64,000 nucleotides of DNA, from positions 4,402,001-4,466,000 of the forward strand of contig CATNEN010000038.1 of the NCBI GenBank assembly GCA_950097015.1, given 5' to 3'. The notes under the pieces are model-generated. The model saw only the letters and a list, made by a program, of their open reading frames with translations. It did no database searches and was not told where the DNA came from. This document shows, piece by piece, positions 1-13,000 of this stretch (position 1 is the first letter of the stretch; each line of letters begins with the position of its first letter). Origin of the DNA: Macrostomum hystrix. Taxonomy: Eukaryota; Animalia; Platyhelminthes. The translations under genes and the position numbers were made by a program.

Positions 1-619
1 CCTTGGAAAGAAGCTGCTAACAAACTGACACTGAAAGGCAACTGACAGACCCTGCTAATACGAGGGTCGTACTGACAGAGGTAGCGGCCCAAGGTACACA
101 GCAATTGGAGAGCTGTTCCTTACAGCGAATGAGAAATGGGCAGAAACTGCATACCGTGAATTGGCACCTGCCACCTAATTAAGGAGCAAGTGACCAAAGC
201 TAAAGTAAAGCTATACTTAGCGACTCACTTGCTGCATGGCAGCAATTTCAAGATATTTCCGGATAAGCTCTTTTAAGTCTTCTCTAGCCAGCATCTAGCA
301 GTTAGCTAGATGGATCCATGACTTCAGTTGCCAAAATTTCAGTTGCCTATACTAAACTTGTTAACGAATCGCGATTCTAGGCTTTTATTTCTTAGTCCCC
401 TCGGTGACAGTCGTAGCAGACAGGGCCTAAGCATGTACCTTGGCAAATGTATGGGTGCCAATTAAGTGATTGGCCAGCTGTGTTTCAGAGGATGACCAGT
501 GACTCGAGCTGTGTCAGCCCTTTCGAAATTCAGTTGCTCAGGTCTTGCTCGACAACTGATTAGCAAAGCACTGCCTGTTTCACCGCCAGAGCTAGTTAGC
601 TCCACAACAATGTCATTAA

Positions 620-1210
620 CAGTAGGACTACCAAGCCATTTTGCCGCCCGTTTTTATACCAAGGCCCTGACAATTTTTTGGCAGCGCCCGAATGCTAACA
701 GCGTTGGGTGGTGACTGATTGGTTGACAGACTAGGCGATGGTGTCCTGTGGTTGAGCTGCGCCCAATATTTTGGCTTGAGCATTGAAATTTGAGAAATTC
801 GCGTCAGGGTGTCCATAGTAGCTTAGTTCCACCTGTTTTAGCCCTTGAAGGTCCAGCAGTCTGTCTAGATAATGGTAGGTGACCACCGAAGACGGAGATG
901 ATGCAGGCACACTCGGGTGACATGCTGATAAATTTTGAAGGCCTGGCAAGGCCGCACTGAGGCGCAGTGCAAATTCGTGTATAGGGGTGTGTGAAATACA
1001 CTAGCTCTTATGGGAAAAATCGGACCTTCGGCCAGAAACATCGAATATCTCGACGGTCTGAAGAGCTGGCGACTTGTTTCTTGTTTCAGAAGATGCGCAA
1101 CAAAAAGTTGGCCCGTGTTCTTGAGTTTCGTGTGCTTGCATTGTTCCGTTCGGGTGCAGCGAAAAAAATTGTCAGGGGGGAAATTCCCCCCCCCCTTGGT
1201 AGTTCTACTG
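620..1210. mobile_element. Non-autonomous piggyBac-type element (MITE)
   Basis: TTAA on both sides (616-619, 1211-1214). Terminal inverted repeats CAGTAGGACTACCAAG / CTTGGTAGTTCTACTG. A second, subterminal inverted repeat is present (CCCTGACAATTTTTT..CCCGAA at ~665-692 vs TTCGGG..AAAAAAATTGTCAGGG at ~1149-1178). No transposase. Confidence 0.8.
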
Positions 1211-1539
1211 TTAAGGGGTGTCGCAGCAAGTGCTCAGTTGACATGACAGTTCTCAGGCACTTCTCACTATCCGAACTTTGTTCTAAGTGATGCTTATATT
1301 GTCTAGAATAGCTTCAATTATAAAATATTCCACCGATATCAGTGTCATAATATCCGTCTTAATTTGCAGGTTGAATGGAGCTGTTGCTGGTTGCAAGATA
1401 GTGTAGAAAGTTACTATCTTGGTAGAAGGCTGCCAGTTTTATGATAGAAAGGCTAATGGAAAAAATTATTTCATTTTAGTCTCAACCCACTTTGTTACTT
1501 GGCTACTGTAAAAACATCCCCTAAAAACATCCTTTTTAG

Positions 1540-2027
1540 CTTATCCTGGTGACGCAAGCGAGAACGGCACCTGGCCCTGGCCCAACAGATTCCCTCTTGG
1601 TGGCATTGGCGGTCAGCCAGGAACATCCAACTCTGGCGTTGGCGGGGTCTACGCCGGTCCCGGCGCTGGCTGGCTGAGCGGCTCGAACTCGACGAAGGGT
1701 TGTCCAGGCTGCGGAGAGGGCGGCTTCGGTCGCACCGAGAGCTGGCTCGGTGGAAGCGGATACCAAGGCTCTGACGGCGGCTTCGGAGGCGGTGGCGGCG
1801 GGGCGGGTTCAAGCAGTGGATGCCCGAGTGGATTGTCTAGATGTGCTGGCTCTGGGGGCGGTGGCGGCGGCTTCAGCGGCGGAGCAGCCGCCAGAGCACC
1901 CGGAAACGGAGGCGGCGGCGGTGGCTCCTTCTGCGGTGGCCAAGGCTGCGTCGGAGTCTCCAGGGCCATCACGGGCGACCAAGGGCTCGTGACCCTGCGG
2001 CTGCTGAGCACTGACGCCTGCCCCTGA
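1540..2027 (+). CDS. Terminal exon of PAN + ALK/LTK-like glycine-rich-domain protein, paralogue A (upstream exons not found in window)
   Basis: Acceptor tttttag, then an open frame YPGDASENGTWPWPNRFPLGGIGG...GAGW...DGGFGGGGG...GGGGGFSGG...GGGGGSF...GLVTLRLLSTDACP*. Homologous to 17480-17964 and 22744-23189. Confidence 0.8.
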
Positions 2028-2207
2028 GGAGCTAACATCAGCGAAGCAGTCTGAGAACTCCAACGAACAACGTGCTCAAAGCACTAATTGACTCAGACAA
2101 AATTGAGTGAAAGAAAGGCTAAGGAAAAAGTTTCTTAGCCCTGTGGCTTCATATTTTCGAATTGTGAAAAAAACTAATATTATGTTTGTCACTATGGCTT
2201 CGGGCGG

Positions 2208-2789
2208 GGGGCGAGTGGGTCAGCGGCTAACGTCGCTGCCTCGCACTCCAAAGGACGCTAGTTCGATTCACCCTTCAAGTCACGATTAATTTCGGGACTT
2301 GTTAGGGGGGGTTTGGACAGTAGCGACCGGCGGAGGTGCACCATATTTCGTGCAATCAAAGCTTGAAATAATAGCTTCGCTCCTACCTTCTGTGTGCCTG
2401 TTCTGCGTTGCGTGAGTTGTGTGCGTTGGCGCTGGGGCGTGAGACCTTGCGGGGGGTGGCTCGAGGGCGGGTGTACACCGCCGCGCGCTTTCTGGACTTC
2501 CGTCAGCGCGATTGGATAAGTGTACACTCATCACCCGCCCCCCCCTGAGGACTGATTTCTTATCAGCCTTCCGCCCCGGCTTGGTCTGCTATGTGCGTGT
2601 GGGGCTGGGGTGGGGGACACTGCTGCCTATTCTGGGTGCCTCCTGCCCTCCCCGGCTGCTGCTGTGTGTGGTGCCTGCTCAGGGGAGGCGGCGCGATGGG
2701 CGCAAAAGCGCCTAGTTCGCCGGTCTGGGGGCGTGCCGCTCCGTCGCTTGTGCGACAAGTGCCCCGGGCCCCCCTGCAGATAGATAGAG
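2208..2789 (+). mobile_element. tRNA-derived SINE, family 2, full length with TSD
   Basis: Pol III A box TGGGTCAGCGG and B box GTTCGATTC; (GATA)n tail. Perfect 14-bp direct repeat ATGGCTTCGGGCGG at 2194-2207 and 2790-2803. Confidence 0.8.
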
Positions 2790-3361
2790 ATGGCTTCGGG
2801 CGGCCTTCGAGATACTCGAAGAATTAGTTGAACCATGGATGGCTCATGGCCCTTGACCAGCCTATATTGATTTGCCATACACTGACAGGAGGCAGATCCT
2901 GTAGATTCGGGTTTTGCCAGTGTCTGGATTTTAGATCTTGGGATTTCCCTGAGTAGATATTGGGATTTCCGTGTAGTTCTTGGGATAATCCCTGTACAGA
3001 CGTAATTCTTCTTTAACCTGTTTCATTCCATGCTGGGGTTCACCAAGTTCGTGATAAGCTTAAAATGCTTACGAATATGTTAACACTTTTATGTTTCTGC
3101 GAGTAAAGCCAGATTTCACGAGCAAATTTGTATAAACAAATACAATACTTGGCTTGGATACTAAACAGCGATCAACAAATGTATTGTACTTAATCAACTG
3201 CTGTACATTAAAAAAGTGCAAACAATGGCTACATTCTAGAAAAACAAACAGGTCCATATGCCATAAATCATAAAGGGCTCCTGTCACAAATTTGTCGCAA
3301 TTCGCAACGATTCTGCATGTGGAGCTAAAATGTACAGGCAGTACTTCGAAATAGGCTCCAA

Positions 3362-3880
3362 CGCGATTTTCCTGGTACGATTCCTATTGTGATTTTCCTG
3401 GTATGATTCCTACTGCGATTTTCCTGGTACGATTCCTACTACGACTTTCCTGGTACGATTCCAACTGCAATTTTCCTGGTACGATTCCTACTGCGATTTT
3501 CCTGGTACGATTCCAACTACGACTTTCCTGGTACGATTTCAACCGCGACTTTCCTGGAACGATTCCAACTACGACTTTCCTGGTACGATTCCTACTGTGA
3601 TTTTCCTGGTACGATTCCAACCGCGATTTTCCTAGAACGATTCCAACTACGACTTTCCTGATACGATTCCTACTGTGATTTTCCTGGTACGATTCCTACT
3701 GCGATTTTCCTGGAACGATTCCAACTACGACTTTCCTGGTACGATTCAAACTGCGATTTTCCTGGTACGATTCAAACTGCGATTTTCCTGGTACGATTCC
3801 TACTGCGACTTTGCTGGTACGATCCCTACTGCGATTTTCCTGGTACGATTCCTACTGCGATTTTCCTGGTACGATTCTAC
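3362..3880. repeat. 26-bp minisatellite (CTACTGCGATTTTCCTGGTACGATTC)n
   Basis: Tandem units read directly; lies just downstream of the ERCC6 stop. Confidence 0.95.
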
Positions 3881-4038
3881 GCACGCAAAGTTTCGGCTAT
3901 AAACTTCGGAAGATTAAAAAATGAACGTCTGAAAAAGGGATAAAAATATACAAGTGTACATATTTCAACCCTGGATTGTCAGAAAAAAAACTCCTAAGAT
4001 ATATGAACGAGGCACACGCTTCTAAGAAAAAAACATAA

Positions 4039-7000
4039 CTATCGGAATTCCATTCGCAGAGTCCAGACTCCGCTGGGCCGATCGAAGTCGCACAGCTGAC
4101 GCAGCAGCGAGCGAATCAGATGGCCCTCGCCAGGCAGCATGCTGAACCCGATGCCGCTGCCGACAGCTCCGGTCTCAGCGCCGCCCGACGGACTAAAATG
4201 TTGCGCAATATCTGCGCTGTCTCGCCTGCAGTCGGTGCGCAGAGTGTGAAAAGTTCTGATGCAGTTGGCCAGTTCTAGGGCGCGCCGATTCAAGCCGCCG
4301 AACTCGCCAGGACCCGTTGATTGTTGCTGACGGCGGCGCAGGCGGAAGTCGATAAGCAGGAACAGGTCAGTGGATGAGTAGCGAACCCGGCCGGCTGACA
4401 GAAGGGCCGCGCCGGAGAAATGGCTGAGGCCTGCCAAGAGCAAAGTGACGGCGCTATTTGATATTATATTATAGCCGACAGTCATCAGCAAATTGCGATT
4501 CGAAGAAAACTGATTCGAAGCAGGATTCCAGGAAACAGAATCGCAGAAGGATTCAATAAAACTGATTCGCAGCAGGATTCCAGGAAACAGAATCGCAGAA
4601 GGATTCAAGGAAACAGATTCGAAGCAGGATTCCAGGAAACAGAATCGCAGAAGGATTCAATAAAACTGATTCGAAGCAGGATTCCAGGAAACAGAATCGC
4701 AGAAGGATTCAAGGAAACAGATTTGAAGCAGGATTCCAGGAAACAGAATCGCAGAAGGATTCAAGGAAACAGAATCGCAGGAGGATTCCAGGAAACAGAA
4801 TCGCAGAAGGATTCAAGGAAACAGAATCGCAGCAGGATTCCAGGAAAAAGAATCGCAGCAGGGTACTAGGAACCAGAATCGCAGCAGGATTCAAGGAAAC
4901 AGAATCGCAGCAGGATTCCAGGATAAAGAATCGCAGCAGGGTTCTAGGAACCAGAATCGGTAGCAGGATTCAAGGAAACAGAATCGCAGCAGGGTTCTAG
5001 GCCAGAATCGCAGCAGGATTCCAGGATAAAGAATCGCAGCAGGGTTCTAGGAACCAGAATCGCAGCAGGATTCTAAGGAAACAGAATCGCAGCAGGATTC
5101 CAGGATAAAGAATCGCAGTAGGGTTCTAGGATAAAGAATCGCAGTAGGGTTCTAGGAACCAGAATCGCAGCAGGATTCAAGGAAACAGAATCGCAGCAGG
5201 GTTCTAGGAAACAGCATCGCAGCAATATTTGTGGAAACAGAATCGCAGCAGGATTCTAGGAAGCAGAATCGCAGCAGGGTTCTAGGAAAAGGAATCGTAG
5301 CAGGGTTCTAAGAAAAACAATATCTTAGCAGGATTCCAGGAAACAAAATCTTAGCAGGACTCTAGAAAAAACGATCTGAACTGAAGGTAAGTGAAGCAAC
5401 AGAACAGATCAATAGAATTTAATAAACATTATATACAAACAGAGCTAAGCAGATACCTTGTGGCCCAGCAGCTGAATCATCTAATTGGCACCAAAGCCAC
5501 GGTTGACGCACAGAGCCAAATCGTTTCGCTGAGGCCCGGACTGCGGCAGACGAGGCGGCGGCGGCTGCCGCAAGCCGATTGCGCAGCGCCTCCACAGCGG
5601 CAGCCGCAGTCTCCGATGCTTGCCATTCGACTAGGTCAACATCGGCAGGTCCGGGAGCTTCAATCACCTCTTGCAGAACGGCGTCCTGAACTCCAGATCG
5701 AATCAGCGCCCTTTCCAGCTTGCTGCCAGCCATACAACTAGAAGACTGAGCGGCAGTAGTACCATTAGACTCTGACGTCACTTTTTTAATCCTAGCGGAG
5801 GGCAGTTTCTTTTGGAGTTTCTCGGGCGCTCGCTTCGAACCGGCGGGAGAGGCGTCTAAGCGGGCTTTTCGGAGTACCCGGCGCACCTCGGCGTCAATCA
5901 ACGGGTTGGACCGCTCGGAGGCCTCGAGTCGATGCTGGCCAGCCCTGGGAACAAGAGCCGCCACCAGCGGATCTGCGGCCTCGGTTGACTTCGAAGTGGA
6001 AGCCGAGGCGCCACTGTTTTCTGTGCGCAAAGTGAAAAAAATCTAAAAAGTTGACTAAAGATCTTTACAGGGAAATTCCAAGATCTACACAGGGAAATCC
6101 CAAGATCTTTACAGGGAATTCTCTAAAATATACTAGGGGAAATCCCAAAGATCTTTACAGGGAAATCCTAAGATCTACACAGGGAAATCCCAAGATCTTT
6201 ACAGGGAAATTCCCTTAAATATACTAAAGGAAATCCCAAAGATCTTTACAGGGAAATTCCAAGATCTACACAGGGAAATCCCAAGATCTTTACAGGGAAT
6301 TCCCTAAAATATACTAAAGGAAATCCCAAAGATCTTTACAGGGAAATTCCAAGATCTACACAGGGAAATCCCAAGATCTTTACAGGGAATTCTCTAAAAT
6401 ATACTAGGGGAAATCCCAAAGATCTTTACAGGGAAATCCTAAGATATTTGAACTATAGAAAATACCATTCCAAAGAACAGCCGACGTCCTTACCCGATGT
6501 CTGCTGCCCATCACCATAATCGTAGGCGGCCTGTTTAACAACGAATTCAATCCGATGGCCGTCAACTTCTTGTCGCTTGGCGCTGCGGCTCTTCTGCTTC
6601 TTTTTCTTGGCAGCTTTTTTTTTCTTCCGTTCGGCGCTGGCCTCATCGATTGTCACTTTGTTTTTTTTCTTCTTTTTCTTTTTATCTTTCTTAGGCTTTT
6701 CTGATTTCGCTTCCGGGACATCGGACGTGGCGGCGGCAGAGGTGGTGGCGGAGGAGGAGGCGGAACCGAATTCGCGCGCCACTTTGGCGCTAAGCTTGCG
6801 CGCGATTTCGCGCAATTCAGCGCGCCGCTTCTCAGACAATTGAGAGGCAGCTGGAGGAACGCCTGCTGGAGCAGAATCGAATTGCATGGGATTGAAACTT
6901 TCGGAGACTGAGAGAAACGCAGGTAGAAAGAAAATTGGAGAAGGGTTCGTGGGAAGACGCAAAAGGGAGACTTCAGAGATCTACACAGGGAAATCCCACG

Positions 7001-10000
7001 ATAGACCTAAGAAAATCCCAAAATCTACACAAGGAAAATCTTAAGATCTACCTAGTAAAATACCAAGAACTATACAGGGAAATCCCAAGAACTAGCCAGG
7101 GGAATCCAAAGAACTAGCCAGGGGAATCCCAAGAACTAGCCAGGGGAATCCCAAGATCCGACACAAGAGGATTGAGGATAAAGAATAGATTATAGCGGGA
7201 AGAATTGATGATATGGGAAGACAAAAGAGAGGGGAGATTTAAGGATAACTAATTATAATAATTAAATAGAGATAAACGGAGACTAAACTCACCCTCGCTA
7301 GCGGAGGACTCGCTTCTGGCGTCTACATCAGTCGAAGCCAGCTCGGCTTCGCTGTCAGACGCAGCGGCCAAGTCGACACCGGCCGCCTCTTGGCGCTCGC
7401 GCAGCGCGTCGAATCGATTGGAGTTGGCGCCGGTGCCAGCGAACAGGGCGCGCGTCTCCGTGCCGTCAACGTCGTCCTTCAGAGCGAACAGCTCTTCCAG
7501 ATTGTTGGCTTTGAAGAAGCGCCTCTGTCTGGGATCGCGCAGGATCCGATTGGCTAGAAACTGCTTGAAAATTTGCCTGTGATAGACCTTCTCTTCGATG
7601 GTGCCAGACGATAGCAAGCGGTAGATCACGACATCCCGCTGCTGACCAATGCGCCAGGCGCGCTCGCGTGCCTGCCAATGGGAAGAAAATCTCGATTGAC
7701 GCAGGGAAATCCTAATGGGTACTTGGGGAATTCTTAATGGGTACTTGGGGAATTCCCGATGGGTACATGGCCAAGTATGATGGAGGGAAAATTCTACAAT
7801 ATACGAGTATATATATACAAATGAAGATCCCAATGAATAAAATGAAGAAATCCATCAAAATGGGTACATTTGGAAAAACCAGAGGGCATATGGGGAAATC
7901 CCAAAGAGCATATGGGGAGATCCCAAAGAGCATATGGGGAAATCCCAAAGAGCATATGAGGAAATCCCAAACGGCATATGGGGAAATCCTAAAGGGCATA
8001 TGGGGAAATCCCGAAGGGCATATGGGGAAATCCCAAAGGGCATATGGGGAAATCCCGAAGGGCATCTGGGGAAATCCCAGAGGGCTTATGGGGAAATCCC
8101 AATGGTATATACGATAAAAAGGCCCCAAGATCGCATGCAAGTCAGTATATGTGCAATTGGAAATGTAGTTGGGGAAACGGCAATGTGCATACAATGAATT
8201 CTTAGAACGTACAACGATGCAGGCATTCACATACTTACGAGAGGAATTACCAATACTAATCTATTGCACATAAAAATCAAATCATCACGACTTGGAAATC
8301 CTAAAATCGCGATGTGTAAATAATTATTTTCACCTGTAAATCCGTGCACGGATTCCAGTCCGGGTCGAAGATAATGACCCGATTGGCGCCAGTTAAGTTG
8401 ATGCCGATTCCGCCAACACGCGAGGTTAAGAGGAACACAAAGGCGCCCGGGTCAGTGTTGAACTGGTTGACCAGAGACTGACGACTCCTCACTGCGGTTC
8501 CGCCGTCCATTCTCAGGTAGGGATAGCCTCGCTTTTTGACAAACACTTCAAGAACGCTCAGCATTCTGCGACTCTGGCTAAACAGCAGCACCTTGTGGCC
8601 GTCGGTGCGCCAGGCCTTCAACAGGGCGTCCACCACCAGCATTTTTCCTGACCGCTTGTAGTAGCCAAAGCTAAGCGACTCTCGCGACGGCAGGCCAAAT
8701 TTCTGCGGCGGACCAGTGGACAAGTCCGGGTGGTTGCAGATCTTGCGCAAAGTTGACAGGCCCGGAAACACCTGCGACGGAGGGCAGCGTGTGCCAGACT
8801 CATCCCTGCATGCTTTGGTCACATCCCTGCATCCTTGGGTCTCAATAAATGTATCCTTTGGTGTCATCCCTGCATCTTATCCCATCTCATCCCTGCATGC
8901 TTTGGTCACATCCCTGCATCCTTGGGTCTCAATAAATGTATCCTTTGGTGTCAACCCTGCATCTTATCCCATCTCATCCCTGCATCTTATCCCATCTCAT
9001 CCCTGCATCTTATCCCATCTCATCCCTGCATCTTATCCCATCTCATCCCTGCATCCTTGGGTCTCAATAAATGTATCCTTTGGTGTCATCCCTGCATCTT
9101 ATCCCATCTCATCCCTGCATCTTATCCCATCTCATCCCTGCATCTTATCCCATTTCATCCCTGCATCTTGTCCCATTTCATCCCTGAATCTTATCCCATT
9201 TCATCCCTACATCTTATCCCATCTCATCCCTGCATCCTTGGGTCTCAATAAATGTATCCTTTGGTGTCATCCCTGCATCTTATCCCATCTCATCCCTGCA
9301 TCTTATCCCATCTCATCCCTGCATCCTTGGGTCTCAATAAATGTATCCTTTGGTGTCAACCCTGCATCTTATCCCATCTCATCCCTGCATCTTATCCCAT
9401 CTCATCCCTGCATCTTATCCCATCTCATCCCTGCATCCTTGGGTCTCAATAAATGTATCCTTTGGTGTCATCCCTGCATCTTATCCCATCTCATCCCTGC
9501 ATCTTATCCCATCTCATCCCTGCATCTTATCCCATTTCATCCCTGCATCTTGTCCCATTTCATCCCTGAATCTTATCCCATTTCATCCCTACATCTTATC
9601 CCATCTCATCCCTGCATCCTTGGGTCTCAATAAATGTATCCTTTGGTGTCATCCCTGCATCTTATCCCATTTCATCCCTGAATCTTATCCCATTTCATCC
9701 CTACATCTTATCCCATCTCATCCCTGCATCCTTGGGTCTCAATAAATGTATCCTTTAGTGTCATCACTGCATCTTATCCCATCTCATCCCTGCATCTTAT
9801 CCCATCTCATCCCTGCATCTTATCCCATTTCATCCCTGCATCTTGTCCCATTTCATCCCTGAATCTTATCCCATTTCATCCCTGAATCTTATCCCATTTC
9901 ATCCCTGCATCTTATCCCATCTCATCCCTGCATCTTATCCCATTTCATCCCTGCATCTTATCCCATTTCATCCCTGCATCTTATCCCATTTCATCCCTGC

Positions 10001-13000
10001 ATCTTTATTCGTAGGCTTACCATGTAGCGACCCTCGAGAATGAGGCGGCACTCCCTGGAGGCCAGGTACTCCTTGTACACATCGCGCTGATAATCGGACA
10101 GTCTGCAGAACAGCACCTGCTCGCTCTTGCCAGGTAGCTGGAGCCGGACATCCTCCTTCATACGCCGGAGCAGGTAGGGATTGATTGTGTCACGCAGGCT
10201 GCAAGCGCACCTGCAACCGGCGATGGCGGGCAGAGCTTTGCGTTGGCTTTATGAACGTTTTATTATCACTTATTCAATCACTACCCGCGAAACGCAGTCA
10301 AAAAGTGACACCTTTATCAGATGCCTCCTGCTTTAAATATCACACCTTTATCAGATGCCTTCCGACTTAATTATTAAGCCTTTATCAGATGCCTCTCGCC
10401 TTAATTATCACACCTTTATCAGATGCTTCCTGCCTTAATTATCACACCTTTATCAGATGCTTCCTGCCTTAATTACCGAATTAATTATCACACCTTTATC
10501 CGATGCCGCCTGTCTTAAATACATAATTACGAGTAATTATCGCACCATTATTCGATGCCTCCTGCCTTACCTACAGAAATTATTATTACACCTTTAAAAC
10601 CGCATCAGTCTTAAATAATCACACAGTTGAACCATTATTTAATTACACAGATTTATACACATAGCAATACCTGTAAGCCAGTTCCACCTGGAACTTGCTG
10701 GCACTAGCATAGCCGCCCTGCAGAATCGGGGTCGCCAGGTGTTGCATGAAATCCGGCAAGTCGCCCAGCTTACCCGGATACACAAAGTCGAACAGAGACC
10801 ACAGCTCCTGCAGGGATTGGTGGAATTAAAAATAATGACTAGATTACAATTTAGCCATTCGCATCACTAAATGACTGACCTTCAGATTATTCTGCATAGG
10901 TGTACCAGAGATGATAATCCTGTTTGGCGTCGGAAATTGCTTGCAAGCGATGGTGACATCGCTAGTAGGATTCTTAATCCGGTGGCCCTCATCCAGGATG
11001 ACATAATCCCACCTGTACTTGAGCAGTAGGTCCCTGTGCATTGTGAGGGTATTGTAGGTGGTCAGCAGAATACCGGGGTGGCTGGCAATGCTGTGCACCA
11101 GTTTAGCGGGTTTAGCATAGCCGCTGCCAGTGGAGTGCAGAATTGACACGCGGAATCTCGGCCACCATTGCCGCAGTTCGGTGAGCCACTGCTGCAGAAC
11201 AGTGCCCGGACACGCGATCAGCACCGGGCCTAAGCTGGGCCCGCCCAATCGGCGATGACTGTAGGCTAGGCCAGCCAATAGCGCAATCATCTGCACAGTT
11301 TTGCCAAGGCCCATCTGGTCACCCATGATGCCGCCGACACCCTGACAATGCAATAATAGGGTGTTCTGCTTCTTCTCAAATTTGAATTGGTGCCAGAAGT
11401 AAAATTTAGGACACAGAGTGTAACAGTTTGCAAACTACAAAATCTCAAACAAGATCATGAACTGCCGCCTTAGGTAACGAGAAATCTATGCAAAATGCTG
11501 ACGTAATACTTGTAATTCCAATAAAATCTGAAATTTACGTAAAACTCGAATTTCCTAGAAAATCCGGAATTTACGTAAAAACTCGTAATTCCTATAAAAT
11601 GCGGAGATACGAACGTAAAAAACCTATAATCGCCAATAAAATTAAGAATAAGAACATAAGAGCTATTCCTAATAAAATCCAGAACATGTATCTAGAAACT
11701 ATTTATTCTAATAAAAGGCAAAATTTTATGAAGCCCTAATACCCTACTTAAAAACCAGAAAATTAATCTCGGGGTCTTAAAATTTTACTTTACATTTTTT
11801 GTTTAGAAAACAGTTTCAATTAGGCTACGAAAATTTTTCTTGGAAATTGAGCTCCGTTGAACCCATGAAAAATGAGCTAAATAGGAGTAGACAAAATTTA
11901 AATTAGGAAAACCTTGCACAATATTTTGCTCGGTAGTTTTAAAAGTCTAAAAAAATATTTTCAAAAATTGCAGCAAAAACTCTTCTAAATTCCATAAACG
12001 ACTTACAAGCCCGTTAAAACATTCACGGATACTCTTGTACCGAGCTTGAACTGTTACAACAGGTTCTCTAACTGTTAAGGACAAAACCAAATAAGCCAAT
12101 AAGTGCAGAATTATTACCTGCGAGTGCAGCTCCCTCAACCAGCGGACAGCAATCCGTTGATAAGGAAACAGAGCGGCCCAGATACGCCGGGGCAACGCAA
12201 ACGCCAGGCCCTCTGGAAGGCCTTCCAGCTGTACAGGAGCGTCCGGGTCATCATCCTCAGCCTCGGACCGACCGTCCACTAAGCGAACCTGGCGATCGAT
12301 AAGCTCAGCTCTGGTCAGGCGAGAAAGCCGACGCTCGTAGGCCAACAAGCTGGCGTCGTCAATCATCGGGCGAGCTCGCCGCTGCAGCTGCTGCTTCTGC
12401 GGTTGTTGCTGCGTTGAAGGCGACGGCGTAGGAGAATCTTCCTGGACGAATCTTGGCAGTCTTTGCTGCTGCTGTTTTTCCTGACGGGAGCGCTTTGTGG
12501 GCGGAGGCAGCCGTGTTTGAGCACTGTCAGTGACCTAATTGGTTGTATAGCCAGATCTTGATTGATTGATTGGCAGTTCAGTCAAAAGACTGGGGGAATA
12601 TTAACATATCAGTTTCTAACAATGTGAATCTAAGAGCACTATACTCAAATGCAATGCAATACGCTGGGACAGAGGTGACTTACTTTCAAAGACTTTCTCG
12701 AAAGCTTTCTAAGATCACTAAGACTTTCTCAAACATATGGACTCAACTCCCTAGGCTTTAGACGTCGGTCTAGATGATAAAGGTTTGCTTTTTAAGACAC
12801 TTATTTGTCTGTCGACATCGCTGGTTCTGAGTGTTGGAATTCTAACAAAGAAAATGCCGAACCCGTTTCTAACCCCATCAGCAATTCAAAAAAAAAATTT
12901 TAAACCTCAGCTTGAACGGTCGCAGCAGGTCTTTTACTGGCCCGACTGGCCGTTTGCTCCGATGACGCCGCTGCGTTCAGGCTGTTATCGTGGCGATTGC

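Noticed and set aside
1-615. Possible minus-strand exon fragments (MLAREDLKELIRKYLEIAAMQQ followed by GTGAGT)
   Set aside because: Short, interrupted by stops, with no recognisable homology.
1495-2063. Pro-rich and Ala-rich ORFs (also 17471-17968 + and 22735-23157 +)
   Set aside because: Antisense or off-frame shadows of the glycine-rich exons.
2208-2275. Possible tRNA gene (also 48952-49015 and a fragment near 59790-59825)
   Set aside because: No complete cloverleaf. A SINE body, tail and TSD follow, so these are SINE heads.
11365-11410. ~40-bp sequence repeated at ~14449-14489
   Set aside because: Too short to classify; probably a fragment of a dispersed repeat.
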